Positions 10,137 to 21,901 of a DNA stretch of 64,000 nucleotides are shown here, piece by piece. Under the pieces are notes generated by a model. It was not told the DNA's origin and searched no databases. It worked only from the letters and a program-made list of their open reading frames with translations. The stretch's first letter is position 1; each line of letters begins with the position of its first letter. The stretch is from an uncultured Syntrophales bacterium (GTDB lineage: Bacteria > Desulfobacterota > Syntrophia > Syntrophales > JAAYKM01), in the NCBI GenBank assembly GCA_964494155.1, contig CAZBQX010000001.1, forward strand, positions 43,286 to 107,285, written 5' to 3'. Both the position numbers and the translations under genes were made by a program.

Positions 10137-10952
10137 TTAGCCTACGATGTAAACATAATAATAATAAATAAACGGAGCGATAAACAGTAAGCAATCGATC
10201 CGATCTAACATCCCCCCATGGCCGGGCAAGATATTACCTGAATCCTTGATACCCCCTGCCCTTTTTATCTCGGACTCAAAGAGGTCTCCCAATTGACCGA
10301 TAATACTCCCCAGAAATGACATAGCCAGGATATGCAAAACAGAAATATCCGGAAGGAAATAATAACCGAATACTAGACAAGCCGTTACACTGCCCAAAAC
10401 AAGGCCGATGACACCGGCGACTGTTTTATTTGGACTGATGGAAGGCATGAGTTTCGTTTTTCCGAATAATTTTCCCGTGTAAAATGCAGCCACGTCACCT
10501 GAGAATGCAAGCAGCAAAATGAAGAAAATCCACATATTGCCGTTCTCAAATCGCCGGATCAAAATGAAATACGACATCAATACGGGAATATAGATCATAC
10601 CAAGCACATACTTTGTCAGCAATCCGATGTCGGGATTGCCCTGATTCTTCCTGATGCGAAATAAATCACACAGGATCAGAAAGATGAATAATAGCGCGAT
10701 CATTATGGATAAATGGCGGAAATCCTGATGATAAGTCACAACGGGAATGATCAGGGCGGTTAAAAGAAACTCCCATCTTCTCGCCAGCTTCGATTGGCCA
10801 TGAATGATTTTCTCATATTCCCAGGCCGCCACACAGACCACCAGTCCGATCAGGACGGAGAAAAGACGTGCCGATCCGTAATAGATGAGCAGAAAAAGGC
10901 AGGGAACAGCAATGACAGCCGTCAACCAGCGGTGGATGTGCGAGGCATTCAT
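10137..10952 (-). CDS. cdsA: Phosphatidate cytidylyltransferase
   Basis: Signature SEIKRAGGIKDSGNILPGHGGMLDRID. Confidence 0.9.
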   Translation of the reverse strand: MNASHIHRWLTAVIAVPCLFLLIYYGSARLFSVLIGLVVCVAAWEYEKIIHGQSKLARRWEFLLTALIIPVVTYHQDFRHLSIMIALLFIFLILCDLFRIRKNQGNPDIGLLTKYVLGMIYIPVLMSYFILIRRFENGNMWIFFILLLAFSGDVAAFYTGKLFGKTKLMPSISPNKTVAGVIGLVLGSVTACLVFGYYFLPDISVLHILAMSFLGSIIGQLGDLFESEIKRAGGIKDSGNILPGHGGMLDRIDCLLFIAPFIYYYYVYIVG

Positions 10953-10955
10953 AGA

Positions 10956-11705
10956 TTACTGCAATACCCCCCTCTTGATCTGTTCACTCGTTTTTCCGAA
11001 TCTTCTCTCGCGCTTTTCAAAGGCCTTAATGGCCGTCAGAAGATCCTCTTTTCCGAAATCGGGCCATAGGACGTCCGTAAAATAAAATTCCGTATATGCG
11101 CACTCCCAGAGGAGAAAATTGCTCAGGCGATACTCGCCGCTTGTGCGAATTAAAAGATCCGGGTCCGGCATGGCGGCGGTCGAAAGATACCGTCCCAGTA
11201 ACTCACATGTCACATCTTCCATGACATACTTTCCCGCTTGAAAGTCCTTCCACAGCTGCTTCACGGCTTGAAGGATATCGTCACGACCGCCGTAATTGAG
11301 GGCCAAGGTTAAAACCATCTGCCTATTATCTGCTGTTTTTCTGCGGACTTCCTCAATCTTATCCTGCAGGGCCGGTTTAATGCGGCTGATATCTCCAATG
11401 ATATGAAAGCGGATGCCGGTCTGCTGCATTTCCTTGAGTTCGGAGGCCAAATAGTCGGCCAGCAGCTTCATCAGCGCATTGACTTCCGTCTCCGGTCGAG
11501 ACCAGTTGTCCACGGAAAAGGCATACAGCGTTAAATACTTCACCCCAAGTTCACGGCACGTTCGTGTCGCCGTGCGGACGGCTTCCGCCCCTTTCTTGTG
11601 CCCCGAAATGCGTCCTAAGGCATGTTTTTTCGCCCATCGGCCGTTGCCATCCATAATGATGGCGATGTGTTCGGGAATATTGTGCATCGTTTCGGTCATA
11701 AACAT
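10956..11705 (-). CDS. uppS: Undecaprenyl-diphosphate synthase
   Basis: HIAIIMDGNGRWA motif. The tracked ORF runs to 11837 and abuts frr. I place the start at the ATG at 11705 (MFMTETMH...), which is preceded by AGGAAAAA. Confidence 0.9.
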   Translation of the reverse strand: MFMTETMHNIPEHIAIIMDGNGRWAKKHALGRISGHKKGAEAVRTATRTCRELGVKYLTLYAFSVDNWSRPETEVNALMKLLADYLASELKEMQQTGIRFHIIGDISRIKPALQDKIEEVRRKTADNRQMVLTLALNYGGRDDILQAVKQLWKDFQAGKYVMEDVTCELLGRYLSTAAMPDPDLLIRTSGEYRLSNFLLWECAYTEFYFTDVLWPDFGKEDLLTAIKAFEKRERRFGKTSEQIKRGVLQ

Positions 11706-11837
11706 TTTTTCCTGCATCAAATATGCTTTCCATAGCATAGTTTGTTGCAAATGACTATCAAGCGAAGGTTTTGCCAAACAAAAAAAAATGGGGAAGCGCA
11801 ACACTTCCCCTTTTTCTTTTTTATGCTGAAAAGACAA

Positions 11838-12395
11838 TTATATTTCCATAATTTCTTTTTCTTTCGTCGCCAGCACCTGATCCACTTTTTCAATATATTT
11901 GTTCGTGACCTTCTGGACTTCTTCCTGATGCCGGAAAAGTTCGTCTTCCGAAAGGGTGTTGTCTTTCTTCAGATCCTTCAACTGCTCATTGGCATCCCGG
12001 CGGATGTTCCGGATATTGACTTTGCTTTCTTCGGACATTTTTTTAACAACCTTGACGAGTTCCTTTCTCCGTTCCTCAGTCAGGGGAGGAATGGACAAGC
12101 GGATCACCTTCCCGTCGTTACTGGGCATCAGACCCAGATCAGATTTCTGGATCGCCTTTTCGATCAAACCGATGACGCTGCTGTCCCATGGAGAAATCAC
12201 AATAAGACGACTTTCCGGAACGGATAAGGTGGCCACCTGGTTCAAAGGCGTCTGCGTCCCGTAGTATTCCACCCTAATTCCATCCAGAAGTGCAATAGAG
12301 GCACGCCCTGTTCTAACCTTGCTGAATGACTTTTCCAGGGCGGCAATGCCCTTTTCCATATTATCTTTGAGTTCTTCAAAAATCAGTTCCGTCAT
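11838..12395 (-). CDS. frr: Ribosome recycling factor
   Basis: 185 aa, typical Frr sequence and context. Confidence 0.95.
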   Translation of the reverse strand: MTELIFEELKDNMEKGIAALEKSFSKVRTGRASIALLDGIRVEYYGTQTPLNQVATLSVPESRLIVISPWDSSVIGLIEKAIQKSDLGLMPSNDGKVIRLSIPPLTEERRKELVKVVKKMSEESKVNIRNIRRDANEQLKDLKKDNTLSEDELFRHQEEVQKVTNKYIEKVDQVLATKEKEIMEI

Positions 12396-12398
12396 CGA

Positions 12399-13115
12399 TC
12401 AACCTCCGACTATTGTACCGACTCGTTCTCCCGATATGGCCCGTTTGATATTGCCCTTCCTTAAGAGATTAAAGACCAACACGGAGAGATTGTTATCCCT
12501 GCAGAGTGAAATTGCTGTTGCATCCATGACCTTCAGATTTTGGGTCAGGACATCGGTAAAACTGATGCGCGCGAAAAAAACCGCATCTTTGGCAACAACG
12601 GGGTCCTTATCATATATCCCATCGACTTTGGTCGCTTTCATGAGGACATCCGCCTTGATTTCCAGCGCCCTCAGAGCGGCCGCTGTATCGGTTGTAAAAT
12701 AGGGGTTGCCCGTTCCGCCGCCGAAAATGACCACGCGCCCCTTCTCCAGATGCCGCATGGCCCGCCTTTGGATATATGCCTCCGCGACTTCTTTAACCTC
12801 TATGGCCGATTGAACGCGCGTTGTTACCCCCAATTTTTCCAATGCGCTCTGCAGCGCCAGGCTGTTGATCATGGTGGCCAGCATGCCCATATAATCGGCC
12901 GTTGTGCGATCCATACCCTTGGCGCTGACCTCGACTCCCCGGAATATATTTCCGCCGCCGACAACGATCCCGATCTGAACCCCCAGTTCTGAAGCTTCCT
13001 TGATCTCCAAGGCTATTTCGCTGACTACATCGGGATCCACACCAAACGAGCGTCGTCCCATCAGGGCTTCGCCGCTCATCTTGATCAAAACACGCTTATA
13101 TTGGGCTGAATCCAT
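12399..13115 (-). CDS. pyrH: UMP kinase
   Basis: [13 protein letters not shown]-terminus, 238 aa. Confidence 0.95.
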   Translation of the reverse strand: MDSAQYKRVLIKMSGEALMGRRSFGVDPDVVSEIALEIKEASELGVQIGIVVGGGNIFRGVEVSAKGMDRTTADYMGMLATMINSLALQSALEKLGVTTRVQSAIEVKEVAEAYIQRRAMRHLEKGRVVIFGGGTGNPYFTTDTAAALRALEIKADVLMKATKVDGIYDKDPVVAKDAVFFARISFTDVLTQNLKVMDATAISLCRDNNLSVLVFNLLRKGNIKRAISGERVGTIVGG

Positions 13116-13721
13116 TTATTTTTTGATTTCTTCGCCGAGCTGGAAGCGGGCAAACCGCCGGATAATGATGTTTTCACCCGTCTTCGCAATCATATTATTA
13201 ATGAGCGTCGCAATCGTGATACTGTCATCCTTGATGAATTTTTGATTCACCAGGCAGACTTCCTCGTAAAACTTATTGAGCTTACCTTCGATGATCTTTT
13301 CCCAAATTTTTTCAGGCTTTTTCTCCGCCAGCAACTGGCTGCGATAGATATCTTTTTCTCTTTCCAATGCGTCTTCGGAAATTTCCTGAGGGCTGACATA
13401 AATCGGATTGGTTGCCGCAACCTGCATGGCCAGATCCTTGGCCATAGCCTGGAAATTGTCCGTTTTAGCCACAAAATCCGTTTCACAGTTCAACTCGACC
13501 ATGACGCCAATCTTGCCGCCCATATGAACGTAGGTGGTAATCGTTCCGTCCTTCGCGGCTTTTGAAGAACGTTTCGTGGCCGCAGACATCCCTTTTTTAC
13601 GTAAATAATCAATTGCCTTCTCAAAGTCCCCGTCGGATGCCGCCAAAGCCTCTTTACAATCCATCATGCCGGCGCCCGTTTTCTCTCGCAGATCCTTAAC
13701 CATTGCCGATGTAATATCCAA
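13116..13721 (-). CDS. tsf: Elongation factor Ts (short form)
   Basis: ITSAMVKDLREKTGAGMMDCKEAL UBA-like N-terminus. Confidence 0.95.
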   Translation of the reverse strand: MDITSAMVKDLREKTGAGMMDCKEALAASDGDFEKAIDYLRKKGMSAATKRSSKAAKDGTITTYVHMGGKIGVMVELNCETDFVAKTDNFQAMAKDLAMQVAATNPIYVSPQEISEDALEREKDIYRSQLLAEKKPEKIWEKIIEGKLNKFYEEVCLVNQKFIKDDSITIATLINNMIAKTGENIIIRRFARFQLGEEIKK

Positions 13722-13825
13722 TGTTCTTTCCTCCTTGGAATCAACAAATACCTGACGTCAATACAGGGTATTCGGATTTATGTTCTTCTGAACCACGTAT
13801 CGGACAGGTCCCCGATACGGCACTT

Positions 13826-14653
13826 TTAATATTCGCCGTCGTCGATATCGCCGGATGTTTCCTCTTTTGTTTCCACACTCTCCGGCACATCCTCGTCCAC
13901 ATCAGCGCTTTCCGTACTGAATTCCTCCGCCGTAATTTCCTTGTTGCTTTCCGCCTGAATCCGTTCTTCGAATCGTTTCTTTCCTTCGATAACCGCTTCC
14001 GCAAATTTCGAGGAAAAAAGTTTGATTGCCCGGATGGCGTCGTCATTGCCGGGGATGATGTAATCTATGTCATCGGGATCGCAGTTCGTATCCACGATGG
14101 CCACAATCGGAATGCCCAGTTTTTTCGCCTCTTTAATGGCAATATCCTCCCGTTTCGGATCAACGATAAAGACGGCGGAAGGGTGGCTTTTCATGGTGCG
14201 AATGCCGCCCAGAATTTTTTCCAGTTTTTCTTTTTCTTTCTGCAGGACAAGAATTTCCTTCTTGGGAAACGCCCGGATCGAATCATCGGAAAACATTTTG
14301 TCCAGATAGTTCAGGCGATCGATACTCCTTTTGACGGTCCCGAAATTGGTCAGCATGCCTCCCAGCCAGCGCTGACTGACATAGGGCATCCCGCAGCGGG
14401 TTGCCTCTTCCTTAACCGCCTCCTGTGCCTGCTTCTTGGTGCCGACGAAGAGTAAATCGCCGCCTTCGGTCAGGGTATTGACCACAAAATTAAAGGCCGA
14501 CTGAAACAACCCAACGGTCTGCTGCAGGTCAATAATGTAAATATTGTTCCGGGCCCCGAAAATATAGGGCTTCATTTTGGGATTCCACTTGTTCGTTTGA
14601 TGCCCGAAGTGAACGCCCGCCTCCAACAACAACTTCATCGAAATGTTTGCCAT
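13826..14653 (-). CDS. rpsB: 30S ribosomal protein S2
   Basis: [19 protein letters not shown]. Start placed at the ATG at 14653 (MANISMK), which lies 7 nt after AAGGAG. The tracked ORF start at 14689 lacks an RBS. Confidence 0.95.
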   Translation of the reverse strand: MANISMKLLLEAGVHFGHQTNKWNPKMKPYIFGARNNIYIIDLQQTVGLFQSAFNFVVNTLTEGGDLLFVGTKKQAQEAVKEEATRCGMPYVSQRWLGGMLTNFGTVKRSIDRLNYLDKMFSDDSIRAFPKKEILVLQKEKEKLEKILGGIRTMKSHPSAVFIVDPKREDIAIKEAKKLGIPIVAIVDTNCDPDDIDYIIPGNDDAIRAIKLFSSKFAEAVIEGKKRFEERIQAESNKEITAEEFSTESADVDEDVPESVETKEETSGDIDDGEY

Positions 14654-14840
14654 ACTGCTAACTCCTTTTCTTTGTGTTTTTTCCGCCATTCCAGCTCACT
14701 ACGGTTCAATTTTCCCGCCCTTACGAGAAAACAACACGCCGTATATACTGAGAATGTGTGAAGTTCGTGGGCTATTAACACATCCCAAATCAATGATCAA
14801 GCGAAAAGGTGAACAATCTGCACTATTTTCTTCAGGAAAC

Positions 14841-16028
14841 TCAGGTGTGGTAATGCGCGTTGATGGTCACATATTCATGCGTCAAATCCGACGACAGGAG
14901 TTTGAAGCGACTCTTTCCCATCCCCATTTGAATCAAAACACGGATACGCGGCAGAGCCATGATCGCCTGCAGGTCTGCTTCAAATCCCGCAACACCTCGA
15001 CCATCCGCAAAAATTGGTACCTCATTGAAGGCAACCCTAACGGCCTTCACGGGAATGTCTTCGTTGACGATGCCAATCGCCCCGATGATCCGTCCCCAGT
15101 TCGGATCTCCGCCATAGAAGGCTGTTTTCACCAGATTTGAATTGGCCACGGCATAGGCGATGCGGCGGGCCTCCGCCATGCTTTTGGCCTCCTCTACAAT
15201 CAATTCGATGACTTTGGTCGCGCCCTCGCCGTCCTTGACCATCAGATAGGACAACTCCGACATGACATTGCCCAACATCGTTTTGAATTGGTGAACACTT
15301 TTTGAAGTGCTTATCGGTTTTGCACCACTTTTCCCGTTGGCAAGAATGAGAGCCGTATCGTTTGTGCTCATACAGCCATCAACTGTGATAGCGTTAAAAG
15401 TATTATCTACGGTGCTTCTGAAAACCTTATCTAAAGTATCTCTTTCAATATTGGCATCGGTTATGACAAACGAGAGCATGGTGGCCATGTGGGGCTCGAT
15501 CATGCCGGCACCCTTGGCCAAACCGCAAATTGTAACCTCCCGACCCGCGATCATCCCTTTGGCCAAGGCCAGTTTGGGCATTTTGTCCGTCGTCATCATG
15601 GCTTCTTCCGCATCCGCAAACCCTCTTTCTCGCAAGCCGGAAACGAGTCGCGGCATGGCTTGCTGAATTTTGTCAACCGGAACGCGATGGCCAATGACCC
15701 CGGTGGAGGCGACAAAGACCAGTTCATCGGGTATTTTTAGTGCATGCGATGTGACGGAAGATATGAAGCGTGCGTCCCGGAGCCCTTCCTCACCGGTTGC
15801 CGCGTTGGCAACGCCGCTGTTGACCACAATGGCCTGCGCCTCCCCTTTTTTGATTCTATCCATATCCAGCAGAACAGGGGCCGCCTTAAAGGCATTTCTG
15901 GTAAAAACACCGGCCGCTACAGCCTTTTCTTTTGAAAAAATCAGGCAGAGATCCTTGCGGCCGTCTTCCTTGATGCCGCAGCTCATCCCGTTGGCCAGAA
16001 AACCGGGGACCATAAATTCTCTTTCCAT
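14841..16028 (-). CDS. argJ: Bifunctional ornithine acetyltransferase / N-acetylglutamate synthase
   Basis: Autoprocessing site context HMATMLSFVITDA, 395 aa. Confidence 0.95.
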   Translation of the reverse strand: MEREFMVPGFLANGMSCGIKEDGRKDLCLIFSKEKAVAAGVFTRNAFKAAPVLLDMDRIKKGEAQAIVVNSGVANAATGEEGLRDARFISSVTSHALKIPDELVFVASTGVIGHRVPVDKIQQAMPRLVSGLRERGFADAEEAMMTTDKMPKLALAKGMIAGREVTICGLAKGAGMIEPHMATMLSFVITDANIERDTLDKVFRSTVDNTFNAITVDGCMSTNDTALILANGKSGAKPISTSKSVHQFKTMLGNVMSELSYLMVKDGEGATKVIELIVEEAKSMAEARRIAYAVANSNLVKTAFYGGDPNWGRIIGAIGIVNEDIPVKAVRVAFNEVPIFADGRGVAGFEADLQAIMALPRIRVLIQMGMGKSRFKLLSSDLTHEYVTINAHYHT

Positions 16029-16050
16029 GAATCCAGTCTCTCCTTACTAA

Positions 16051-18576
16051 CTATGCCTGACCGCAGCACTTCTTGTATTTTTTTCCGCTTCCGCAAGGAC
16101 AGGGATCATTGCGGCCGACTTTTTCTCCGGCTCGCTTTACCGTAGCCGGTGCCGCCACGTCCTCACCGCGGTTCATGGTGTAATCCTGCTTCTGCTTCGC
16201 CTGTATGTCTTCAATTTCCTCTTCCCGCTGAATCCTGACCATGCAGAGTTTTTCCAGGGTGTCTTCCTTGATGCGATACACCATGTCCATGAACATGTCG
16301 TAGCCTTCCTTCTGATACTCCCGAACCGGATCCTTCTGGCCGTAACCGCGCAGCCCGATCCCCTCCTTCAGGTGATCCATGGCCAGCAGATTGTCTTTCC
16401 AGTGAACATCGATCGACTGGAGCATGATGACCTTCATCAGATAATCCATGAGGGGCTTTCCGAACTCACCTTCCTTTGCCTTCAGGAGATCCTTCACGGC
16501 TTTCATGACATCATCGGTAATGATAGCCTTGCTCAAGCCGTCTAAGGAATTATCTGCATAATTTGTTTTGATCGAAAACTGCTTGAAAAGCATGTCATCC
16601 ATGGCCTTCAAGTTCCAGTCCTCGGGGTGCGCTTTTTCGTCGATGAAATCGTCGACGAGGTTCTCCGCGACCTCTTCCAGCATTTCCTCAACGTCTTCCC
16701 AAAGATTTTCGCCCTTGAGGACCTTCTTACGCTGTTCATAGATGACTTGCCGCTGCCGGTTCATCACATCGTCATAATCCAGCAGGTGTTTCCGGATTTC
16801 AAAGTTCTGCCCTTCCACACGCTTTTGGGCGTTTTCAATCGCCTTGGAGATGAATTTATGCTCAATAGGCTGATTCTCTTCGATTCCTAACCGATCCATA
16901 ACAGAAGAAATTTTTTCCGCGCCGAAAATTCTCAGCAGATCGTCCTCCAGAGAAAGGTAGAAACGTGAAGACCCCTGATCGCCCTGACGGCCGGAACGTC
17001 CGCGCAACTGGTTGTCGATACGCCGGCTTTCGTGTCTTTCCGTACCCAGAATGTGCAAACCGCCGCGTTCGGCTACCCCTTCGCCCAGCTTGATATCCGT
17101 ACCGCGCCCGGCCATATTGGTTGAAATGGTTACCATTCCTTTTTGACCGGCATTGGCGACAATCTCCGCTTCTTTTTCATGATTCTTCGCATTGAGGACA
17201 TGATGGGCAATTCCGGCCCGGGTCAGGTACTTGCTGAGGAGTTCCGATTTCTCGATGGAGATTGTGCCCACCAGGACGGGACGTCCCTCCTGATTGAGTT
17301 CCCTGATCTCGTCAATGACGGAGTTGAATTTTTCTTTCTCTGTTTTATAGATCACATCGGAATGATCTTCCCGAATCATGGGCATGTTTGTGGGCACGAC
17401 CACGACATCAAGATCATATATCTTTTTGAATTCTGCTGCTTCGGTATCGGCAGTACCGGTCATACCGGCCAGCTTGGCGTACATGCGGAAATAATTCTGA
17501 AAGGTGATGGAAGCCAGCGTCTGATTCTCGCGCTCAATTTTGACTTTTTCCTTTGCCTCCAGGGCCTGATGCAGTCCATCGCTGTAACGGCGTCCGGGCA
17601 TGACGCGTCCTGTAAATTCATCGACAATGATCACCTGGCCATCTTTAACCAGGTAATCGACGTCTCGCTTGAAGAGTGTATGTGCTTTTAAGGCCTGGTT
17701 GACATGATGCAGCAGTTCAATGTTCCGGGGTTCGTACAGATTCTGTACCTTCAGGAAACCTTCTACCCGGGCCACCCCTTCTTCCGTTAGAACAACGGTC
17801 CGCGACTTTTCTTCGACGGTGTAATCTTTGTCCTTGCGAAGGTTGGGAATGATCTGATTGATGCGGTAATATTTGTCCGTTGATTCTTCCGAGGCGCCGG
17901 ATATGATCAGGGGCGTACGCGCCTCATCGATGAGAATGCTGTCCACTTCGTCGACGATGGCATAATGAAAATCACGCTGGACATAATCCTCCAGGGTAAA
18001 TTTCATATTGTCCCGCAGATAATCGAAACCAAACTCGTTGTTTGTGCCGTAGGTAATATCTGCACCGTAAGCCTCCTTGCGCTCATGATCATCCATGCCG
18101 TGCACGATAACCCCCACGGATAAACCAAGAAACTTGTAGATCGGACCCATCCACTCAGCGTCGCGTTTGGCCAGGTAGTCGTTGACGGTGACAAGGTGCG
18201 CGCCCTTTCCCTCCAGCGCGTTGAGGTACATGGGCAGCGTTGCCGCCAGGGTTTTCCCCTCACCGGTCTTCATCTCCGCAATTTTCCCCTCGTTCAAAAC
18301 CAGACCACCGATGATCTGGACATCAAAGGGTCTCATCCGGACAGTTCTTTGGGCAACTTCACGAACCACGGCAAAGGCTTCCGGGATGATATCGTCAAGC
18401 GCCGCCCCCCGGGACAATTGCTCTTTGAAATAACCGGTTTTTGACCTTAACTGATCGTCCGGTATGTTTTTTAATGCCCCCTCAAATTGATTCACTTCCT
18501 GAAGGATTACAGACAATCGTTTTATGTCGCGATCGTTTTTTGTACCGATGATTTTTTTGATAAAATAATCCAGCAT
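16051..18576 (-). CDS. secA: Preprotein translocase ATPase SecA
   Basis: 841 aa, Walker [11 protein letters not shown]-terminal zinc motif [13 protein letters not shown]. Confidence 0.97.
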   Translation of the reverse strand: MLDYFIKKIIGTKNDRDIKRLSVILQEVNQFEGALKNIPDDQLRSKTGYFKEQLSRGAALDDIIPEAFAVVREVAQRTVRMRPFDVQIIGGLVLNEGKIAEMKTGEGKTLAATLPMYLNALEGKGAHLVTVNDYLAKRDAEWMGPIYKFLGLSVGVIVHGMDDHERKEAYGADITYGTNNEFGFDYLRDNMKFTLEDYVQRDFHYAIVDEVDSILIDEARTPLIISGASEESTDKYYRINQIIPNLRKDKDYTVEEKSRTVVLTEEGVARVEGFLKVQNLYEPRNIELLHHVNQALKAHTLFKRDVDYLVKDGQVIIVDEFTGRVMPGRRYSDGLHQALEAKEKVKIERENQTLASITFQNYFRMYAKLAGMTGTADTEAAEFKKIYDLDVVVVPTNMPMIREDHSDVIYKTEKEKFNSVIDEIRELNQEGRPVLVGTISIEKSELLSKYLTRAGIAHHVLNAKNHEKEAEIVANAGQKGMVTISTNMAGRGTDIKLGEGVAERGGLHILGTERHESRRIDNQLRGRSGRQGDQGSSRFYLSLEDDLLRIFGAEKISSVMDRLGIEENQPIEHKFISKAIENAQKRVEGQNFEIRKHLLDYDDVMNRQRQVIYEQRKKVLKGENLWEDVEEMLEEVAENLVDDFIDEKAHPEDWNLKAMDDMLFKQFSIKTNYADNSLDGLSKAIITDDVMKAVKDLLKAKEGEFGKPLMDYLMKVIMLQSIDVHWKDNLLAMDHLKEGIGLRGYGQKDPVREYQKEGYDMFMDMVYRIKEDTLEKLCMVRIQREEEIEDIQAKQKQDYTMNRGEDVAAPATVKRAGEKVGRNDPCPCGSGKKYKKCCGQA

Positions 18577-18854
18577 AATTCACCCGTTTTGGCATATCAT
18601 GAAATGAAGCCGAAAGATAAGTAAACAGTACAGAATAATTTGAGATTGTTCCCTCCCGCTTTCGAGTGCTCTTATACTGGCATCAATGGGATAAGTCAAC
18701 CACATTTACTCTTCCCCTTTTTGTATAAAATCGCGCTATTGTGCGATTTTACGGTGATTTTCTTCCGGAAATTTGTCTTGACTTTATCAGGTATATTAGG
18801 CTAAACACGCGCGATAAAATAAAGCATGTATTGTTCTACCAGAAAGGAGTTTCC

Positions 18855-20939
18855 ATGGCAAAGTACGATTCAGCGTCCCTGAGAAATATTGTCGTCGTCG
18901 GACACGGCGGGACGGGTAAAACCTCACTTTGTGAGTCATTTCTGTTTGTAAGCGGCAAATCGGATCGGCCGGGACGTGTAGATGAGGGCACATCCTCCAT
19001 GGATTTCGAACCTGAAGAACAGAAAAGGCATATTTCGATCAGCACAGCCGTTAACTTCTTCGAATGGGACAAGCACAAAATCAATATTATGGATACACCG
19101 GGAGACTCCAACTTCTCCTTCGATACCAAAAACGCCCTGCGTGTCGCAGACTGCGCTGTGGTCGTCATCGATGCCGTAAGCGGCGTTGAGTTCCAGACCA
19201 TCAAAAACTGGGAATATGCCGATACTTTCAATCTGCCCCGTGTAATTTTCATCAATCGCATGGATCGCGAAAGGGCCGATTTCAACAAGTCCTTTGACAG
19301 CATCAATACGCTCCTGGGCAAGAAAGGCACCCCTGTTTTTCTTCCCATCGGCAAAGAGAATACTTTAAAAGGCGTGGTGGACTTGATCGCCATGAAAGCC
19401 ATGCTTTTTGACGACCAGAAAGGCACTTATCAGGCTGTGGATATACCGCAGGAATTGAAAGACGACGCCGGCCGTTTCCGCGAAACCATGGTGGAAGATA
19501 TCGCCGAGTGTGACGAAAATCTCATGGAACAGTACCTGGAAAATGGTGAGCTATCCGACGACGATTTGAAAACCGGTCTTAGAAAGGGTATTTTAAGCGG
19601 TTCCCTTTATCCCGTCCTTTGCGGTTCCTCAATCAAGAACATCGGCATCACACCTTTCATGGATTTTATCGTAAAATACCTGCCGTCTCCGATTGATCGC
19701 GGTGCGGTCATCGGGAAAAATCCTGCGGGAGACGTGAAAGAAGAAAGAGCACCTGAGGAAACGGCGCCTTTTTCGGCCCTGGTATTCAAAACCATAGCCG
19801 ATCCATACGCCGGACGTCTGACCATTTTCCGCGTATATTCGGGTACATTGACATCCGACGGCAATTTTTACAATACAACGCGGAAAGTATCGGAAAGAAC
19901 GGGCAACATCTCCTATCTGGAAGGGAAAACCCAGAAGACGGCGGAACAACTGATTCCCGGTGATATCGCCGCCTTATCGAAACTCAAGGATACCTTCACG
20001 GGAGATACCATCTGCGCAGAAAAGGCGCCGGTCATTTTTGAAAAAATTGATGTGCCGCCCACCATTATCTCCTTTGCAATTGAACCGAAGTCGCGCGGCG
20101 ATGAGGAAAAAATCGTCTCTTCCATCAACCGTCTTACGGAAGAGGATCCGACTCTGTCCTTCCATCGGGACGAGCAGACCAAGGAAATGATCATCTCCGG
20201 CATGGGGCAGGTTCACATCGAAGTCAACATGGAAAAAATGAAGCGGAAGTTCGGCGTGGAGGTGAATCTCAAGACACCCCGTGTTCCCTACAAGGAAACG
20301 ATCAAAGGTAAAACAAATGTGCAGGGCCGTTATAAAAAGCAGTCCGGCGGGCGTGGCCAGTTCGGTGACTGCTGGCTGGATATCGAACCCCTGCCCCGTG
20401 GCGGCGGCTTCGAATTTGTCGATAAAATCGTCGGTGGCGTCATTCCCCAGCAGTATCGCCCGGCGGTGGAAAAAGGTATTGTCGAGGCCATGGAAGAAGG
20501 CGTGGTGGCCGGTTATCCTTTTGTTGACTTCAAGGTTTCTTTGGTTGACGGTTCCTATCATACCGTCGACTCTTCGGAAATGGCCTTTAAAATCGCCGGC
20601 TCCATGGGGTTCAAGAAGGGCGTCATGGCCTGTCAGCCGATCTTGCTGGAACCAATAGTCAACATCGAAATCGAAATTCCGGATGAGTATATGGGCGACG
20701 TCATCGGTGACCTGAACAGCCGTCGCGGGCGCGTTCTGGGGATGGATTCAAAGGGCGCCAATCAGATCGTCAAGGGCCAGGTGCCCCTGGCGGAAATTCT
20801 CAAATACGCGCCGGATTTGACCTCCATGACCAGCGGCCGCGGGACCTTCACGTATACACATTCCCATTACGAGGAAGTTCCGGCACATCTGGCGGAGAAG
20901 ATTATCGCCGAATCTAAGAAGGAGAAGGAAGAGGCATAA
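18855..20939 (+). CDS. Elongation factor G paralog (atypical switch II)
   Basis: G1 GHGGTGKT, G3 DTPGDSNF, G4 NRMD, and full EF-G domain order through the C-terminus. Start placed at the ATG at 18855, after AAAGGAG. Confidence 0.9.
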   Translation: MAKYDSASLRNIVVVGHGGTGKTSLCESFLFVSGKSDRPGRVDEGTSSMDFEPEEQKRHISISTAVNFFEWDKHKINIMDTPGDSNFSFDTKNALRVADCAVVVIDAVSGVEFQTIKNWEYADTFNLPRVIFINRMDRERADFNKSFDSINTLLGKKGTPVFLPIGKENTLKGVVDLIAMKAMLFDDQKGTYQAVDIPQELKDDAGRFRETMVEDIAECDENLMEQYLENGELSDDDLKTGLRKGILSGSLYPVLCGSSIKNIGITPFMDFIVKYLPSPIDRGAVIGKNPAGDVKEERAPEETAPFSALVFKTIADPYAGRLTIFRVYSGTLTSDGNFYNTTRKVSERTGNISYLEGKTQKTAEQLIPGDIAALSKLKDTFTGDTICAEKAPVIFEKIDVPPTIISFAIEPKSRGDEEKIVSSINRLTEEDPTLSFHRDEQTKEMIISGMGQVHIEVNMEKMKRKFGVEVNLKTPRVPYKETIKGKTNVQGRYKKQSGGRGQFGDCWLDIEPLPRGGGFEFVDKIVGGVIPQQYRPAVEKGIVEAMEEGVVAGYPFVDFKVSLVDGSYHTVDSSEMAFKIAGSMGFKKGVMACQPILLEPIVNIEIEIPDEYMGDVIGDLNSRRGRVLGMDSKGANQIVKGQVPLAEILKYAPDLTSMTSGRGTFTYTHSHYEEVPAHLAEKIIAESKKEKEEA

Positions 20940-20940
20940 G

Positions 20941-21432
20941 ATGCCCTTTACTTTCGGCATTATCACAGTCAGCGATAAAGGCTCGCGCGGGGAAAGACTG
21001 GATACGAGCGGTCAGGAAATTCGCGGCATCCTGGAAAAGGAAGGATTTCAGTTTTCCGATTACGTGATCGTACCGGACGAAACGGACAGGATCGCTGCCG
21101 TTCTTTTGTCCTATGCCGATGAAAAGAAAATCGATTTTATTGTTACCACAGGGGGAACCGGCGTCAGCCCCCGTGACGTCACCCCCGAAGCGACATTACG
21201 TATTCTGGATAAGGAAATCCCTGGAATGGGCGAGGCGATGAGGCGCGAAAGTGCCAAGATCACCCCCCATGCCATGATCTCCCGCGCTGTGGCCGGTATT
21301 CGAGGCGCCTCGCTTATTCTGAATCTTCCCGGTAGTCCCAAGGGGGTTCGTGAAAACCTCGCCACGGTTCTCCCCGCCTTGAAACATGCCATAGAAAAAA
21401 TTAAGGGCGATCCATCAGATTGCGCTGTCTGA
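20941..21432 (+). CDS. mog: Molybdopterin adenylyltransferase (MogA/MoaB family)
   Basis: FGIITVSDKGSRGERLDTSG and TTGGTGVSPRDVTPEA motifs. Confidence 0.85.
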   Translation: MPFTFGIITVSDKGSRGERLDTSGQEIRGILEKEGFQFSDYVIVPDETDRIAAVLLSYADEKKIDFIVTTGGTGVSPRDVTPEATLRILDKEIPGMGEAMRRESAKITPHAMISRAVAGIRGASLILNLPGSPKGVRENLATVLPALKHAIEKIKGDPSDCAV

Positions 21433-21901
21433 GAATCTTCTCTATTTGCTCCACATGCGTCCCCCGCCAGTAGATTTTTTTGCAGGTCTCGCAGATGTAA
21501 AACGCCTGATGCGTTTCTAAGATATAGGCAGGAACTTGATCCTGAACCTCCTGCCTGTCTACCTTTTTAAGCCACTGATTGCATACAGAGCAAATTTTCA
21601 AGAAATGATTTTGCTGAATGGTCAGGGCTAATTTTGTAAAGACCTCGCCCAACTGATCCTCCAAATCCTCAGTCGTGATCAGAACGGTTTCGACATCCTT
21701 ATTATAATAATGAAGATTCCTTTTCCTGGTGAGAACGATGCGTTTTTCGGCAAGTGCCCGGTTCCAGATATCCCGATTGGTCTTGCCCGCATGGCAGCGG
21801 GTATCGAATCCCAAAAGCCTGAGCCATTTCGCCAGCTTGCCTAAATTGTGATCGGTAATGAAGCGGACAGGCTCAGAAAGGTTCCTCGGGTTTCTTGTCA
21901 T
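21401..21901 (-). CDS. Mut7-C RNase domain protein
   Basis: DHNLGKLAKWLRLLGFDT N-terminus and C-terminal CxxC...CxxC zinc ribbon (CSVCN...CETCKK). Its 3' end overlaps mog convergently by 32 nt. Confidence 0.75.
   Translation of the reverse strand: MTRNPRNLSEPVRFITDHNLGKLAKWLRLLGFDTRCHAGKTNRDIWNRALAEKRIVLTRKRNLHYYNKDVETVLITTEDLEDQLGEVFTKLALTIQQNHFLKICSVCNQWLKKVDRQEVQDQVPAYILETHQAFYICETCKKIYWRGTHVEQIEKILRQRNLMDRP

Noticed and set aside
13721-14455. 244-aa plus-strand ORF
   Set aside because: It is antisense to rpsB/tsf, and its translation is low-complexity (F/R/L-rich). It is a shadow of a highly conserved gene.
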